DNA of 64,000 bases from Kiritimatiellia bacterium (GTDB lineage: Bacteria; Verrucomicrobiota; Kiritimatiellia; RFP12; JBMNHG01). Location: NCBI GenBank assembly GCA_050950285.1, contig JBMNHG010000003.1, positions 740,337 through 804,336 of the forward strand. The letters are read 5' to 3'. The notes under the pieces are model-generated. The model was not told the DNA's origin, did not search any database, and saw only the letters and a program-made list of their open reading frames with translations. Below, one piece after another: positions 20,411-30,986 of this stretch. Each line of letters opens with the position of its first letter. Position 1 is the first letter of the stretch. The position numbers were made by a program, and so were the translations under genes.

Positions 20411-20506
20411 GAGACAACTCCTTGGGTTGGTGTGTGGGGAATAACGACAAGTAATGAGGCAAGTATAGCCTGCAACCGGCGGGGGATTCAAGGACGGAGT
20501 GCCGGG

Positions 20507-21631
20507 CTAGACGTTGAAGAGGAAGTGGATCACGTCGCCGTCCCGCACTTCGTACTCCTTCCCTTCCAGGCGGAGGAGGCCGGCATGGCGGCAGGCGGCT
20601 TCGCCGCCGAGGCGCACGAAGTCGTCGTAGGACGCCACTTCGGCGCGGATGAAGCCGCGCTCGAAGTCCGTGTGGATGACGCCCGCCGCGCGCGGGGCGA
20701 GCCATCCGCGGCGGATGGTCCACGCCCGGACTTCCTTGGGGCCGGCGGTGAAGAAGCTGGCGAGGCCGAGGGTGTGGTAGGCGAGTTTGACGGTGCGGAC
20801 GAGGGAGGATTCGGCGAGCCCGTAGCTGCCGAGGAACTCCTTGGCCTCTTCGTCGGAGAGTCCCGCGAGGTCGGCCTCCATCTGGGCGCAGATGGCCACC
20901 ATGTCGCACCCGTTGGCATCGGCGTAGGCCTGGAGGGCGGCCACGTGGGGATTGGAGGGCGGGTCGGCGAGGTCGTCCTCGGAGACGTTGGCGCAGAGGA
21001 TCTGCCGTTTGTCCGTGAGGAAGCGGAGGTCGCGCAGGGCGGGCTGGATGGGGTCGCTGTCGGAGCGCGGGAAGGTGCGGACGGGGCGGCCTTCGCCGAG
21101 ATGGGCGAGGAGCGCGGCCATGGCGTCGCATTCCGGGCGCTTCCCGGGATCGGCCTTCGCCTCGCGGGCCATGCGGTCGTGTCGCTTCTGGAGCTGTTCG
21201 AGGTCGGCAAGGATGAGTTCGGTCTCGACCACCCCGGCGTCGCCGACGGGGTCGATGGGGGCGCTTTGGCTTCCGCCTTCCCGGACGTGGATGACGTCGT
21301 CGTTCTCGAAGCATCGCACCACGTGGAGGATGGCGTCGGCCTCGCGGATGTTCGCCAGGAACTGGTTGCCGAGCCCTTCGCCTTTGCTGGCGCCGCGGAC
21401 GAGCCCGGCGATGTCGATGAAATCGACGGTGGCGGGGACGACGTGCGCGGGGTTGACGATCCTCGCGAGCCCGGCGAGCCGGGCGTCGGGCACGGGGACG
21501 ATGGCCTTGTTCGGTTCGATCGTGCAGAAGGGATAGTTGGCGGCCTGGGCGTTTTGCGCCCGGGTGAGCGCGTTGAAAAGGGTGGACTTGCCGACGTTCG
21601 GCAGCCCGACGATGCCCATGCCAAGACTCAT
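20507..21631 (-). CDS. ychF: Redox-regulated ATPase YchF
   Basis: GIVGLPNVGKSTLFNALT, ANYPFCTIEPN, GASKGEGLGNQFL, C-terminal TGS domain. Confidence 0.97.
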   Translation of the reverse strand: MSLGMGIVGLPNVGKSTLFNALTRAQNAQAANYPFCTIEPNKAIVPVPDARLAGLARIVNPAHVVPATVDFIDIAGLVRGASKGEGLGNQFLANIREADAILHVVRCFENDDVIHVREGGSQSAPIDPVGDAGVVETELILADLEQLQKRHDRMAREAKADPGKRPECDAMAALLAHLGEGRPVRTFPRSDSDPIQPALRDLRFLTDKRQILCANVSEDDLADPPSNPHVAALQAYADANGCDMVAICAQMEADLAGLSDEEAKEFLGSYGLAESSLVRTVKLAYHTLGLASFFTAGPKEVRAWTIRRGWLAPRAAGVIHTDFERGFIRAEVASYDDFVRLGGEAACRHAGLLRLEGKEYEVRDGDVIHFLFNV

Positions 21632-21665
21632 GCGGGGATTCCTTTGGGAGCCGCCGGGGCGGCGG

Positions 21666-22289
21666 CTATCCGGCGGCGGTGAAGACGCGGCGCCCCTCGA
21701 TGCGGAGGCGGCCGGCGGCGAGGCGGCGCAAGGCCTCCGGGTAGGCCACGTGCTCCTCCGCCTGGATGCGGGCATGGAGGGATTCGGGGGTGTCGTCGTC
21801 CATCACCGGCACGGTTCGCTGGAGGATGATGGGGCCGGTGTCGGTGCCCGCGTCGACGAAGTGGACGGTCACGCCCGCGACCTTTGCGCCGTAGTCGAGA
21901 GCCTGCTTCCATGCGGCGATGCCGGGGAAGGCGGGCAGCAGCGCGGGATGGATGTTCAACACGCGGTCCGGGAAGGCTTCGAGGAGGCCGGTCTTCACGA
22001 TGCGCATGAAGCCGGCCAGCACGACCGCTTCGGCGCCGTGTTCGCGGAGGAAGGCGATGTAGCGTTCTTCGGCGCGGCCTTCGAGCTTGGTCTTCCAGGG
22101 CGCGGGGTCGAGATAGGCGCAGGGGATGCCATGGCGGCGCGCGCGGTCGAGGATCTTCGCGTCCGGCACGTCCGCGATCACGCAGACGATCTCGGCGTCG
22201 AGCGTCCCCGCCCCGATGGCGTCCTGGATGGACTGCATGTTCGATCCGGAGCCGGAGCCGAGCACGCCGATCTTGAGGGTCTTCGCCAT
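21666..22289 (-). CDS. purN: Phosphoribosylglycinamide formyltransferase
   Basis: SGSGSN, LAGFMRI, NIHPALLPAFPG, VHFVDAGTDTGPI. Confidence 0.96.
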   Translation of the reverse strand: MAKTLKIGVLGSGSGSNMQSIQDAIGAGTLDAEIVCVIADVPDAKILDRARRHGIPCAYLDPAPWKTKLEGRAEERYIAFLREHGAEAVVLAGFMRIVKTGLLEAFPDRVLNIHPALLPAFPGIAAWKQALDYGAKVAGVTVHFVDAGTDTGPIILQRTVPVMDDDTPESLHARIQAEEHVAYPEALRRLAAGRLRIEGRRVFTAAG

Positions 22290-22296
22290 GGCGGGC

Positions 22297-23313
22297 CTAG
22301 CGGACGAGCCCGCGCTTGACGAGGTGCTCGGCGATTTCGACGGCGTTCAGCGCGGCGCCGCGGAGGAGCTGGTCGCCCGAGATGAAGAGGTCGATGCCCT
22401 TTTTGTCGTCGCGCGAGATGTCCTGGCGGATGCGGCCCACGAGCACGTCGTACTTCATGGCGGCGTCCAGGGGCATGGGGTAGCGGCCGGCAAGCGGGTC
22501 GTCCACCACGGTCACGCCCTCGGCGGCGTCCAGGAGGGCGCGCACTTCGTCGGGGGTGATCTCCTCCTCGAACTCCAGGTTCACCGCTTCCGAATGGGCG
22601 CGGGCGACCGGCACGCGAACGCAGGTGCAGCTGATCCGCAGGTCCGGCGCGTGGAGCATCTTGCGCGATTCGTTGCGCATCTTGAGCTCTTCGAGGGTGT
22701 AGCCGTTCGCTTCGTCGAACTTGTCGATTTGCGGGATCAGGTTGCAGACGAGCGGGTACAGGAAGGCCTTCACGGTGGGGGGGCGCCCTTCGGCGTACTC
22801 GCGGATCTGCCGGTCGAGCTCGGCAAGCCCGGGCGCGCCGGCGCCGGAGGCCGACTGGTAGGTGGAGGCGATGATGCGCTTCACCTTCTTCGCCTTGTGC
22901 AGAGGGGCGATGGCCTGGAGCAGGATGGACGTGGTGCAGTTGGGGTTCGCCACCACCCCCCTGTTCCAATCGAGATCCTCGGCATTCACCTGCGGCACCA
23001 CGAGCGGGACGTCGGGGTCCATGCGGAAGGCGCGCGAGTTGTCGATCATGATGGCCCCGGACTTCACCACGGCGTCCTTGAGCTGGATGGCGACGTCGGT
23101 CTTGCCGGCGAAGAAGACGATGTCGAGCCCCTCGAAGCTTGTTTCGGTGGCGGGGAGCACAGGGTAGGTTTCGCCGAGGATCACCTCGTCGCGTTCGCGG
23201 CTTGCGAACACCTTCACCTTGCCCTCGAGCGGGAAGTTGCGATCCTGGAGGACCCGGATGATCTCGGTGCCGACTGCGCCGACGCCGACGAGGCCTACGC
23301 GATACTTTTTCAT
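22297..23313 (-). CDS. asd: Aspartate-semialdehyde dehydrogenase
   Basis: ANPNCTT, STYQSASGAG, TCVRVPV, HSE, GAALNAV. Confidence 0.96.
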   Translation of the reverse strand: MKKYRVGLVGVGAVGTEIIRVLQDRNFPLEGKVKVFASRERDEVILGETYPVLPATETSFEGLDIVFFAGKTDVAIQLKDAVVKSGAIMIDNSRAFRMDPDVPLVVPQVNAEDLDWNRGVVANPNCTTSILLQAIAPLHKAKKVKRIIASTYQSASGAGAPGLAELDRQIREYAEGRPPTVKAFLYPLVCNLIPQIDKFDEANGYTLEELKMRNESRKMLHAPDLRISCTCVRVPVARAHSEAVNLEFEEEITPDEVRALLDAAEGVTVVDDPLAGRYPMPLDAAMKYDVLVGRIRQDISRDDKKGIDLFISGDQLLRGAALNAVEIAEHLVKRGLVR

Positions 23314-23534
23314 GGGAATTCTTCGGGGGGTGGGGGAACGCGCGAAATCTCCTCCGCCGCAGGCGATACGGCGGGGACGCGCGAAACGTCCGGAATGATA
23401 CCGCATCGCGCATCCGTGCGGAAGAAGAAAACGGCCCGCCGGGAAAATGAAAAACGCCTTGTTCCCTCTGCGGGGATTCCGTATCCTCAAAAGAAACCTT
23501 CTCCGCATCCGCATGTGAGGATGGAAGGAGTTCC

Positions 23535-26060
23535 ATGACCGCCACCCCGTATCCCGCCGATTCCGCTCTCATCCCGCCCGTCGAAATGGCCGAGGCCCAT
23601 CGCTTCGCGGCCGATTTCGCCGACGCCATTGGATTCCTCCCCGTCCATCGTCCGTGGTCGTATGTGGTCTCCAGCCATCAGGGGTGGGGCGTTCTGCAAT
23701 ACGGGCGCTCTGTTTCCGGCGGGACGATGACGTTGGGCGGGACGGCGTACACGGAGGGGTTCGGTGCGCATGTGGACAGCGACATCACGCTTCGGGCGTC
23801 CGCCCCGATCCGTCGCGTCACGGCCATGGTCGGCCTGGACGACAACAACGGCACGCGCCACAGCCCGCTTCGCCAGGAGAAGCGCGTCGTCTTCTCGATT
23901 TCGGCAGGCGGCGCCGGACTGTGGTCGAGCCCGCCGATGGCCTTCCCCGACGAGCCGATCGCCGTGGACGCGGCCGTCGAAGGCGACGCGCGCGAAATCA
24001 CGCTGTCTGCGAAGGACACCGGCGGCGTCAACGACTGGGGCCACGTGGACTGGGCGGATCTCCGCCTCGATTTGGCGGACGGGAAGACCGTCTTCCCCGG
24101 CCGGGCGTGCGGCTTCTCGGGGCAGCCCTCCCCCGTCGGGCGGGTGCCCTTCAGCTTCCTCTACGGCGGCCGGCCCGTGTCCGGCCTTGCCGGCGGCTGG
24201 GAGGTCCGGCATGCCGCTCCGGTGGAGGGCGATCGCGGCCGTAGCGACACCACGACGGTCTGGCGCGATCCCGCGACCGGCCTCGAGTGCGAGTTGGTCG
24301 TCGGCCGCTTCGAACACTTCCCCGCGGTCGAGTGGCAGCTTCGCCTTCGGAACACCGGCGGCGCCGACACGCCGCTCCTCGAGGACATCCGGCCGCTCGA
24401 TCTCGACTGGCGCACGCCCGGCGCGCCCATCCTGCGCACCTCCCGGGGCGCGTGGAGCAGCCGCACCGATTTCCTGGTCGAGGACCAGCCGCTTCCGCCC
24501 GGCGCCGTGCGCGCGATGGAAGCCGGTGGCGGGCGTTCCTGCAACGCCGCGGCCCCCTTCTTCAACCTCATCGGCGGCGGCGCCGGCGTGATCCTCAGCA
24601 TCGGCTGGACGGGGCAGTGGGAGGCGGTCTTCGCGCGTTCCGGCGACGGTTCCTCCACGCGTCTTTCCGTCGGCCAGCAGAACACCCGCCTCGTGCTCCA
24701 CCCCGGCGAAGAGATTTCCACGCCGCGCATCGCGATGGTCTTCTGGCAGGGCGACGCGCAGGCGGGCCACAACCTGCAGCGCCGCTTCATGCTCGCCCAC
24801 CACTCGCCCCGTCCCAACGGCGAACTCCTGCGCGGCCCGCTTTGCAGCTTCTTCTGGGGCGGCATGACCACCGCCCAGATGCTGGAGCGCCTGGAGATCT
24901 ACAGGCGCGAGGGGCTCGACTACGACTTCATCTGGGTGGACGCCGGCTGGTACGGCCCGTCCAGCAGCATCTCCCCCGACGAGTTCTCCGGCGACTGGGC
25001 GCAGCACGTGGGCAATTGGTCCATCAACCCCGCCGCCCATCCCGACGGCTTGCGCCCCGTGAGCGACGCCGCCCAGGCCGGCGGCATGGACTTCCTCGTC
25101 TGGTTCGAGCCGGAACGCGCCATCTGCGGCACGCCGCTCACCCGGGAGCACCCCGAGTGGTTCCTGGGCGACACGTCGAGCGAAGGGGCCACGCTTCTCT
25201 TCAACCTCGGCGACCCCGAGGCCCGCGCCTGGCTCACGGACGCGATCTCCGACTTCATCGGCAAGCAGGGGATCCGCTTCTACCGCCAGGACTTCAACAT
25301 GGACCCGCTCGGCCTGTGGCGCGCCAACGACGCCCCCGACCGCCAGGGCATCACGGAGATCCGCCATGTCGAAGGCCTCTACCAGTTCTGGGACGACCTG
25401 CTCGATCGCCATCCCGGCCTGGCCATCGACAACTGCGCCAGCGGCGGCCGCCGCATCGACCTCGAGACCCTCGGCCGCAGCATCCCGCTGTGGCGGAGCG
25501 ACTGGCAATGCGGCTGGACCAACGAGCCCACCCCCGGCCAGACCCACCTCATGGGCCTCTCGATGTGGGCGCCGTTGAGCGGCACCGGCGTGCTCGGCTA
25601 CGCGCGGCGCGCGGGAAACACCTACAACTTCCGGTGCAGCCTGGGCCCCGCCCTGCAGTTCTCCTCCTTCTCCTACGCAGCCATGCCCGTCCAGGCGGAG
25701 TACCCGTGGGACTGGTGGCGCGCGCGCATCGCCGAGTTCCGCCGCGCCGCGCCCTTCTACTACGGCGACTACTATCCGCTCACCCGCGACACCGCTTCCG
25801 AGGGCGAATGGGCCGTCTACCAGTTCCACCGCACGGACCTCCGCGCCGGCATCGTGGCGGGCTTCCGCCGCGCCGCGTCCCCCTTCCTCGCCGCCCGCTT
25901 CCGCCTCTGCGGCCTCGACCCGGACAAGGCCTACGACGTCGAGGACGCCGACACCGGCACGATCGTCCAAGCCTCCGGGCGCGACCTGATGGAGCAAGGC
26001 ATGCGCTTCGACATCGAGAGCCTGCCCGGCTCCCAACTGTTCTACTACACGGAACGCTGA
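23535..26060 (+). CDS. Alpha-galactosidase (GH36-like) with N-terminal NPCBM domain
   Basis: WVDAGWY, VWFEPE, RQDFN, IDNCASGGRRID, WRSD; NPCBM-like QGWG...GFGAH...DWAD. Confidence 0.85.
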   Translation: MTATPYPADSALIPPVEMAEAHRFAADFADAIGFLPVHRPWSYVVSSHQGWGVLQYGRSVSGGTMTLGGTAYTEGFGAHVDSDITLRASAPIRRVTAMVGLDDNNGTRHSPLRQEKRVVFSISAGGAGLWSSPPMAFPDEPIAVDAAVEGDAREITLSAKDTGGVNDWGHVDWADLRLDLADGKTVFPGRACGFSGQPSPVGRVPFSFLYGGRPVSGLAGGWEVRHAAPVEGDRGRSDTTTVWRDPATGLECELVVGRFEHFPAVEWQLRLRNTGGADTPLLEDIRPLDLDWRTPGAPILRTSRGAWSSRTDFLVEDQPLPPGAVRAMEAGGGRSCNAAAPFFNLIGGGAGVILSIGWTGQWEAVFARSGDGSSTRLSVGQQNTRLVLHPGEEISTPRIAMVFWQGDAQAGHNLQRRFMLAHHSPRPNGELLRGPLCSFFWGGMTTAQMLERLEIYRREGLDYDFIWVDAGWYGPSSSISPDEFSGDWAQHVGNWSINPAAHPDGLRPVSDAAQAGGMDFLVWFEPERAICGTPLTREHPEWFLGDTSSEGATLLFNLGDPEARAWLTDAISDFIGKQGIRFYRQDFNMDPLGLWRANDAPDRQGITEIRHVEGLYQFWDDLLDRHPGLAIDNCASGGRRIDLETLGRSIPLWRSDWQCGWTNEPTPGQTHLMGLSMWAPLSGTGVLGYARRAGNTYNFRCSLGPALQFSSFSYAAMPVQAEYPWDWWRARIAEFRRAAPFYYGDYYPLTRDTASEGEWAVYQFHRTDLRAGIVAGFRRAASPFLAARFRLCGLDPDKAYDVEDADTGTIVQASGRDLMEQGMRFDIESLPGSQLFYYTER

Positions 26061-26166
26061 CCCCTTTTCACGAACCACACCCGATCCATTCCTCCCCCGA
26101 CAGCCCATCGGCCTGCCCGCTCCGCCCCGCGCGTAAGAAGCAGGCTCCCCCGTTGGAGATCCTCCC

Positions 26167-29148
26167 ATGACCCTGCGCAACCGCCCGTCCCTCGCCGCCC
26201 CGATCCTTCTGGCCGCCGGCCTCGCCGCGGTTTCGGCCGTCGCCGACGGCACGCTCTTCACCCCCTCGAACTTCGACGCCCTCCGCGTGGATTCGGTGGG
26301 GACCGCCCCGGAGCGCATCACCGCCATCGGCGCCCCCGGCGGCCTCTTCTTCCCCGGCGAACCCGTGACGCTTTCCCTCGAGCTCCGGAAGCCCGGCGGC
26401 GAGGACGTCCCGCTGGCCATCGAGCTCCAGGCCATCCACACCCGCGTGCCGAACAAGGACACCACCCGCTACATCGACCCCTTCGGCCATCCCGACAAGG
26501 TCAACCTCGAAGGCGCCCCTCTCCGCGAGCCCGTCACGGGCATCGAATGGGACGAAAACGGGAAGGCCACGAAGGAGCTCGCCCTGAAGGTCCCCGAGCG
26601 CTACGCCACCTACTGCGTGATCCTCGTGAAAGGCGAGGGGAATGCGCCCGCCGACCGCGTGCTCCTCGGCTCGTTCGCCGTGATCCCGCGCGACCGCGAC
26701 GACGCCACGGCGGACAATACCCCGGTCTTCGGCGAGGGCCAGATGCAGGCCTTCGTGGAGATGGGGCGCATGGGCATCCGCGCCACCCGCTGCGAGATCT
26801 CGTGGAACCCCGGCCTTCCGCCCGAGGAGTTCGACTGGTCTGGCTACGACGCGCTGAACGAACGCCTCGCCGAGGGCAAGCTCAAGGCCATGTTCACCCT
26901 GGGCGGTTGCGCGCCCTCCCGCTACGGCATCCCGTGGGCCGGCCCCGGCATCCCCGCCGCCGTGCAGCCCGCCTGGGACGGCAATCCCTACTGGGGCCAG
27001 TGCGACTGGGGTTGCGCCCCCGAGCACTTCGAGGAGTACGGGAGGTGGGTCAAGGCCTACGCCCGGCGCTACTGGAAGGACGGCGACGGCACGCTCTGGG
27101 GCTTCGAAAACTACAACGAGCCCTGGGAAGGCGGCGGCATCAGCGGCTACGCCCGCGACTGCGTCTCCTGGCGCGACTGGCAGCGCATCCTCGCCCGCGT
27201 CTCCCGCGAAGTCAGCCCCGACATCAAAATCTGCGGCGCGTGCTCGATCATGAACACCGAGGACAAGCTCTACTCCGAAGGCCCCCGCCCCGATGGAACC
27301 TTCGAGGGCGACGAGATGATCGACGTCTTCACCGACCACTACGTGACCCCCAGCATGGCCTACGGCCCGATGGTCGCGGAGCAGCACGGCAAGTTCTCGA
27401 TCGAGAACGAGACCTGGCTCGTGATCAGCGAGTACCTCCTGCCCCAGGTGATGTGCCAGTGGATGGCCGCCGGGCAGCGCGCCGTCGCCTGCTGGCATCC
27501 GCAGGTGCTCTTCCAGGAGATCCACGGCGTGCGCTTCCCCACCACCGTGCCGCTGGCCACCGCCGCGTTCAACCACTTCGTCACCGGGCTGCGCTTCAAC
27601 AAGCTCGTCTTCCAGGACCACCTCCCCTGGCTCTTCCAGTTCGGCGAGGACGACGACCCCGACGGCGTGGTCGTGATGATCGGCCAGCTCCTCACCCGCG
27701 GCGGCCCCACGCCGCAGGACAACCCGTCCGGCCGCCTCTGGGGCCAGGTGGATTCGGTGGATGGCGGCACCATCACCGTCGAGAACGCCCGCGCCGGACT
27801 CTTCGGCGGCCGCACGCTCCGCTTCTACGACGCCGCCGCGAACGAAATCCACAAGGGCGAGGCCACGGTCACCCTCCCCCTCGACATGCAGCCCGTCTAC
27901 ATCCGGTCCGGGAAGGGCCCCGCCGCCGTCGCCGAGGCCTTCCGCAAGGGCGTCATCGAGGGCAAGTACCCCGCCGAAATCCTCCCGCGCGACTTCACGC
28001 AGCGCATCGCCGACGGCCTCGTCCTCCGCGTCGATCTCGCCAACCGCCTGAATGCCCCGATCTCCGGCACCTTCTCCGCGACCGCCCCCGAAGGCTTCGT
28101 GCTCGCCCGGGACAACGTGGCCGTCGAACTCGCCGCCGGCGAACGCAAGACCATCGAGCTCCCCTTCGCGAAGGTCGATGCCGGCCATGCCAACCAATAC
28201 CCCTTCCAGTTCGTCTTCGATACCGACCACGGCCGCTGCGCCTACGGCGAGACGCTCTACTGCACGGCCGTCCCCAGGGCGACCCCGTCCATCGACGGCG
28301 ACCTCTCCGACTGGGACGGCCTCCCCGGCATCGTCATGGCCGGCGCCATGGAAGGCGTCAACCCCGACGAACTCGCCCGCCGCCCCTGGCTGCGCCTCGA
28401 GGACTTCCCCGAAGGGTCGATGATGGTGGACTTCAAGCTCGCGTGGGACGCCGGCAACATCTACGTGGCCGCCCGCGTCATGGACTCCACCCCCGAGGAG
28501 GGCAAGGTCCGCATGGCCACCCGCAACGACGACGACTGGTTCCACTCCGCCGCCTCCGACAACGAGGAGCCCTGGAAGTCGTGGCTCGAAAAGAACGCCC
28601 CCGGCCAGTCCTTCGCCCAGGTGCCCTACATCTACAAGCGCGCCCCGTGGGGCATCGCCTCCTCCGGCGACAACCTGCAGCTCGCCTTCAACGTGATTCC
28701 AGGCTACGGCGGGCTCGGGAAGTCCACCGACGTCCCCTTCGGCTTCCATGCCGTCGCAGACACCGACTACGAGTTCTGCGCCTACCTGTGCGGCGACGGC
28801 GAGCCCGAATTCTGGCGCCTGCTCGCTCCCGGCATGCCCCGCGTCCACAGCTGGCCCCGCCAGCCCCTCGGCGGGAACCGACCGGCGGTGCTCGAAGGCG
28901 GAGTCCTCGTCGTGCGCCAGGACGGCAACGTCCGCACCTACGAGGCCGCCATTCCGCAGTCCGCCCTCCCCGAACTCGCGCTGGAAGCCGGCACCACCTT
29001 CCGGTTCGCCTTCAAGGTCGGCAACAACGCGGGCCCGAAGGTGAGCTTCGGCGACGCGAAGGCCGTGTGCAAGGACAACGGCCTCACGCTCCACCCGTAC
29101 TGGGAGATCTCGCCTTCCTGCGACGTCGAGTGGAAGCTCGTCGACTGA
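26167..29148 (+). CDS. Secreted clan GH-A-like glycoside hydrolase with CBM9-like C-terminal domain
   Basis: Signal peptide; ENYNEP acid/base motif; IDGDLSDW...LAWD...YVA CBM9-like motif. Confidence 0.7.
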   Translation: MTLRNRPSLAAPILLAAGLAAVSAVADGTLFTPSNFDALRVDSVGTAPERITAIGAPGGLFFPGEPVTLSLELRKPGGEDVPLAIELQAIHTRVPNKDTTRYIDPFGHPDKVNLEGAPLREPVTGIEWDENGKATKELALKVPERYATYCVILVKGEGNAPADRVLLGSFAVIPRDRDDATADNTPVFGEGQMQAFVEMGRMGIRATRCEISWNPGLPPEEFDWSGYDALNERLAEGKLKAMFTLGGCAPSRYGIPWAGPGIPAAVQPAWDGNPYWGQCDWGCAPEHFEEYGRWVKAYARRYWKDGDGTLWGFENYNEPWEGGGISGYARDCVSWRDWQRILARVSREVSPDIKICGACSIMNTEDKLYSEGPRPDGTFEGDEMIDVFTDHYVTPSMAYGPMVAEQHGKFSIENETWLVISEYLLPQVMCQWMAAGQRAVACWHPQVLFQEIHGVRFPTTVPLATAAFNHFVTGLRFNKLVFQDHLPWLFQFGEDDDPDGVVVMIGQLLTRGGPTPQDNPSGRLWGQVDSVDGGTITVENARAGLFGGRTLRFYDAAANEIHKGEATVTLPLDMQPVYIRSGKGPAAVAEAFRKGVIEGKYPAEILPRDFTQRIADGLVLRVDLANRLNAPISGTFSATAPEGFVLARDNVAVELAAGERKTIELPFAKVDAGHANQYPFQFVFDTDHGRCAYGETLYCTAVPRATPSIDGDLSDWDGLPGIVMAGAMEGVNPDELARRPWLRLEDFPEGSMMVDFKLAWDAGNIYVAARVMDSTPEEGKVRMATRNDDDWFHSAASDNEEPWKSWLEKNAPGQSFAQVPYIYKRAPWGIASSGDNLQLAFNVIPGYGGLGKSTDVPFGFHAVADTDYEFCAYLCGDGEPEFWRLLAPGMPRVHSWPRQPLGGNRPAVLEGGVLVVRQDGNVRTYEAAIPQSALPELALEAGTTFRFAFKVGNNAGPKVSFGDAKAVCKDNGLTLHPYWEISPSCDVEWKLVD

Positions 29149-29182
29149 TCGATTGCCGGACGACGGCGGGAGGATTTCGGAC

Positions 29183-29920
29183 ATGCCGCAGGATTGCAAG
29201 GTACGTGAAGCCATGGGGGCCCGGGGAAGCGGCGCATTCCGCCGCTACCGGGCCATGGTGCACGGGGACGTTTCGCCGGGGCGCGTCCTCCGCGACGAGT
29301 GCATCCAGTTCTTCTGCGGAGCGACCCCCGGCGCCCTCGGCTTCTACCTCCGCTCGAAGCTCTATCCCCGCCTGTTCAAGCATTGCGGCCGGGGCGTGGT
29401 CTTCGGCCGCAACCTCACCCTCCGCCACGCCTCGAAGATTTCCATCGGCGACGGCTGCGTCCTCGATGATTCGGCGATGCTCGACGCCAAGGGGCAGGAC
29501 AACCGCGGCATCACGCTGGGCGACCGCGTGTACGTGGGGCGGCAGTCGATCGTCTATTGCAAGAACGGCGACATCACGCTGGGCGACCGCGTGAACCTTT
29601 CGGCGAACTGCGTGGTCTTCTCGTCGAACAGCCTCACGATGAAGCCCGGCACCATGGTCGGCGCCTTCACCTACCTGCTGAGCGGCGGGAGCTACGACTA
29701 CGCCGACGCCACGCCCTTCGCCGACCAGAGCGGGATGGTCACCCAAGGCCCGCTCGTGATCGGGGAGGACTGCTGGATCGGCGCGCGCGTGACGGTGCTG
29801 GATGCCGCGAGCATCGGCGACCGCGCCGTGGTTGGCGCCGGCGCCGTGGTGAACAAGCCCCTTCCCGCGCGCCACCTCTGCGTGGGCGTCCCCGCCAGGC
29901 CCATCCGTCCGATCGCGTGA
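29183..29920 (+). CDS. Hexapeptide-repeat (left-handed beta-helix) acyltransferase
   Basis: IGDGCVLDD and IGEDCWIGARVTVL...VGAGAVV...VGVPARP. Confidence 0.88.
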   Translation: MPQDCKVREAMGARGSGAFRRYRAMVHGDVSPGRVLRDECIQFFCGATPGALGFYLRSKLYPRLFKHCGRGVVFGRNLTLRHASKISIGDGCVLDDSAMLDAKGQDNRGITLGDRVYVGRQSIVYCKNGDITLGDRVNLSANCVVFSSNSLTMKPGTMVGAFTYLLSGGSYDYADATPFADQSGMVTQGPLVIGEDCWIGARVTVLDAASIGDRAVVGAGAVVNKPLPARHLCVGVPARPIRPIA

Positions 29921-29967
29921 GGCCGGCCCGCCGTCGGTCGGACGGAATCGCGGCATGCCGCGATTCG

Positions 29968-30981
29968 CTAGAGGAGGAACGGCTGGAAGCGGGAGCGGTC
30001 GGGATCGGGCTGCACGGCGCGGTCGGTCCCGCCGTCCGGGCCGTGGATTCGCACGAGGACGCCGGCCCCGTCGGTGCGGCGGTCGGAGTAGGCGGCGCAG
30101 AGCGCCACGGCGAGGTCCAGGTCGTCGGGCGTGGCGGCGCCGCGCGGGAGGAGCAGGGTGGGCCCCGGCACGTTCACGGGGTGGAGGCGGAGGTCGCCCG
30201 GACGTTCGGCCTCGCGCAAGGCCTGGTTGTCGGCGCGGTTGCGGCCGAGGATGCATTGGGTGCCGGCGGGGAGGCGGAAGTGGCGGCCCTGGCGCAGCAG
30301 GTGCACGAGACGGAGGTCGTCGAGGCCCTCGTGGTCCTGCAGGTCGCGCAGACGCCTGGCGAAGCCTTTCTCGGTGAGGAGGCAGCCGCCGGCGGGGGAA
30401 GGGTAGTCCGAGAGGCCGTAGGCGGCGGCGATTTCCATCTGCTCCTTGCGGCCGCGTCCGGAAAGGGCGAGCAGCTTTTCGCGGTCGATGAGGCCTTCGC
30501 GCTCGGGAAGGGTGGGCTCGAGGAGTTTCGCGGAGAGGGGGCGCACCAGACGGTCGCCAACGCCGGAATCGCGTGCGACCAGCCCGAGGGATTGGCGGTT
30601 CTGCGACATCGGGCGCTGGTTCACGACTTCGCCGGTGGAGAGGAAGTCGAAGCCCAGCCGCCCCATGAGTTCCGCGGCGCGAAGGACCATCCGGGCGTGG
30701 CAGTCGATGCAGGGGTTGATCGCGCCGCCGAAGCCGTGGGCGGGGGACTCGACAAGTTGCAGGATGTCCGCCGTGAAATCCACCTCGTGCAGTGGAAGGT
30801 CGAGGGCGCAAGCCGCCTTGCGGGCGGCTTCCGGGCCGAAGAAGGGGCTGGTGAAGACCACGCCTTCCATGTGGATGCCCTGGTCGCGCAGGACGCATAC
30901 GGCGAGTTGGCTGTCGAGGCCGCCGGAAAAGAGGGAGAGCCCCTTCACGCGGCGCTTGCCGGAACGGGTGTCGGTATCCAT
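29968..30981 (-). CDS. PP-loop tRNA-modifying enzyme (ThiI/MnmA-like, DUF814-associated)
   Basis: SGGLDS, NPCIDCH, TGEVVNQRPMSQ, RPLSAK, PSPAGGCLLT, GRHFRL; own ATG at 30979-30981. Confidence 0.85.
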   Translation of the reverse strand: MDTDTRSGKRRVKGLSLFSGGLDSQLAVCVLRDQGIHMEGVVFTSPFFGPEAARKAACALDLPLHEVDFTADILQLVESPAHGFGGAINPCIDCHARMVLRAAELMGRLGFDFLSTGEVVNQRPMSQNRQSLGLVARDSGVGDRLVRPLSAKLLEPTLPEREGLIDREKLLALSGRGRKEQMEIAAAYGLSDYPSPAGGCLLTEKGFARRLRDLQDHEGLDDLRLVHLLRQGRHFRLPAGTQCILGRNRADNQALREAERPGDLRLHPVNVPGPTLLLPRGAATPDDLDLAVALCAAYSDRRTDGAGVLVRIHGPDGGTDRAVQPDPDRSRFQPFLL

Positions 30982-30986
30982 GGGAC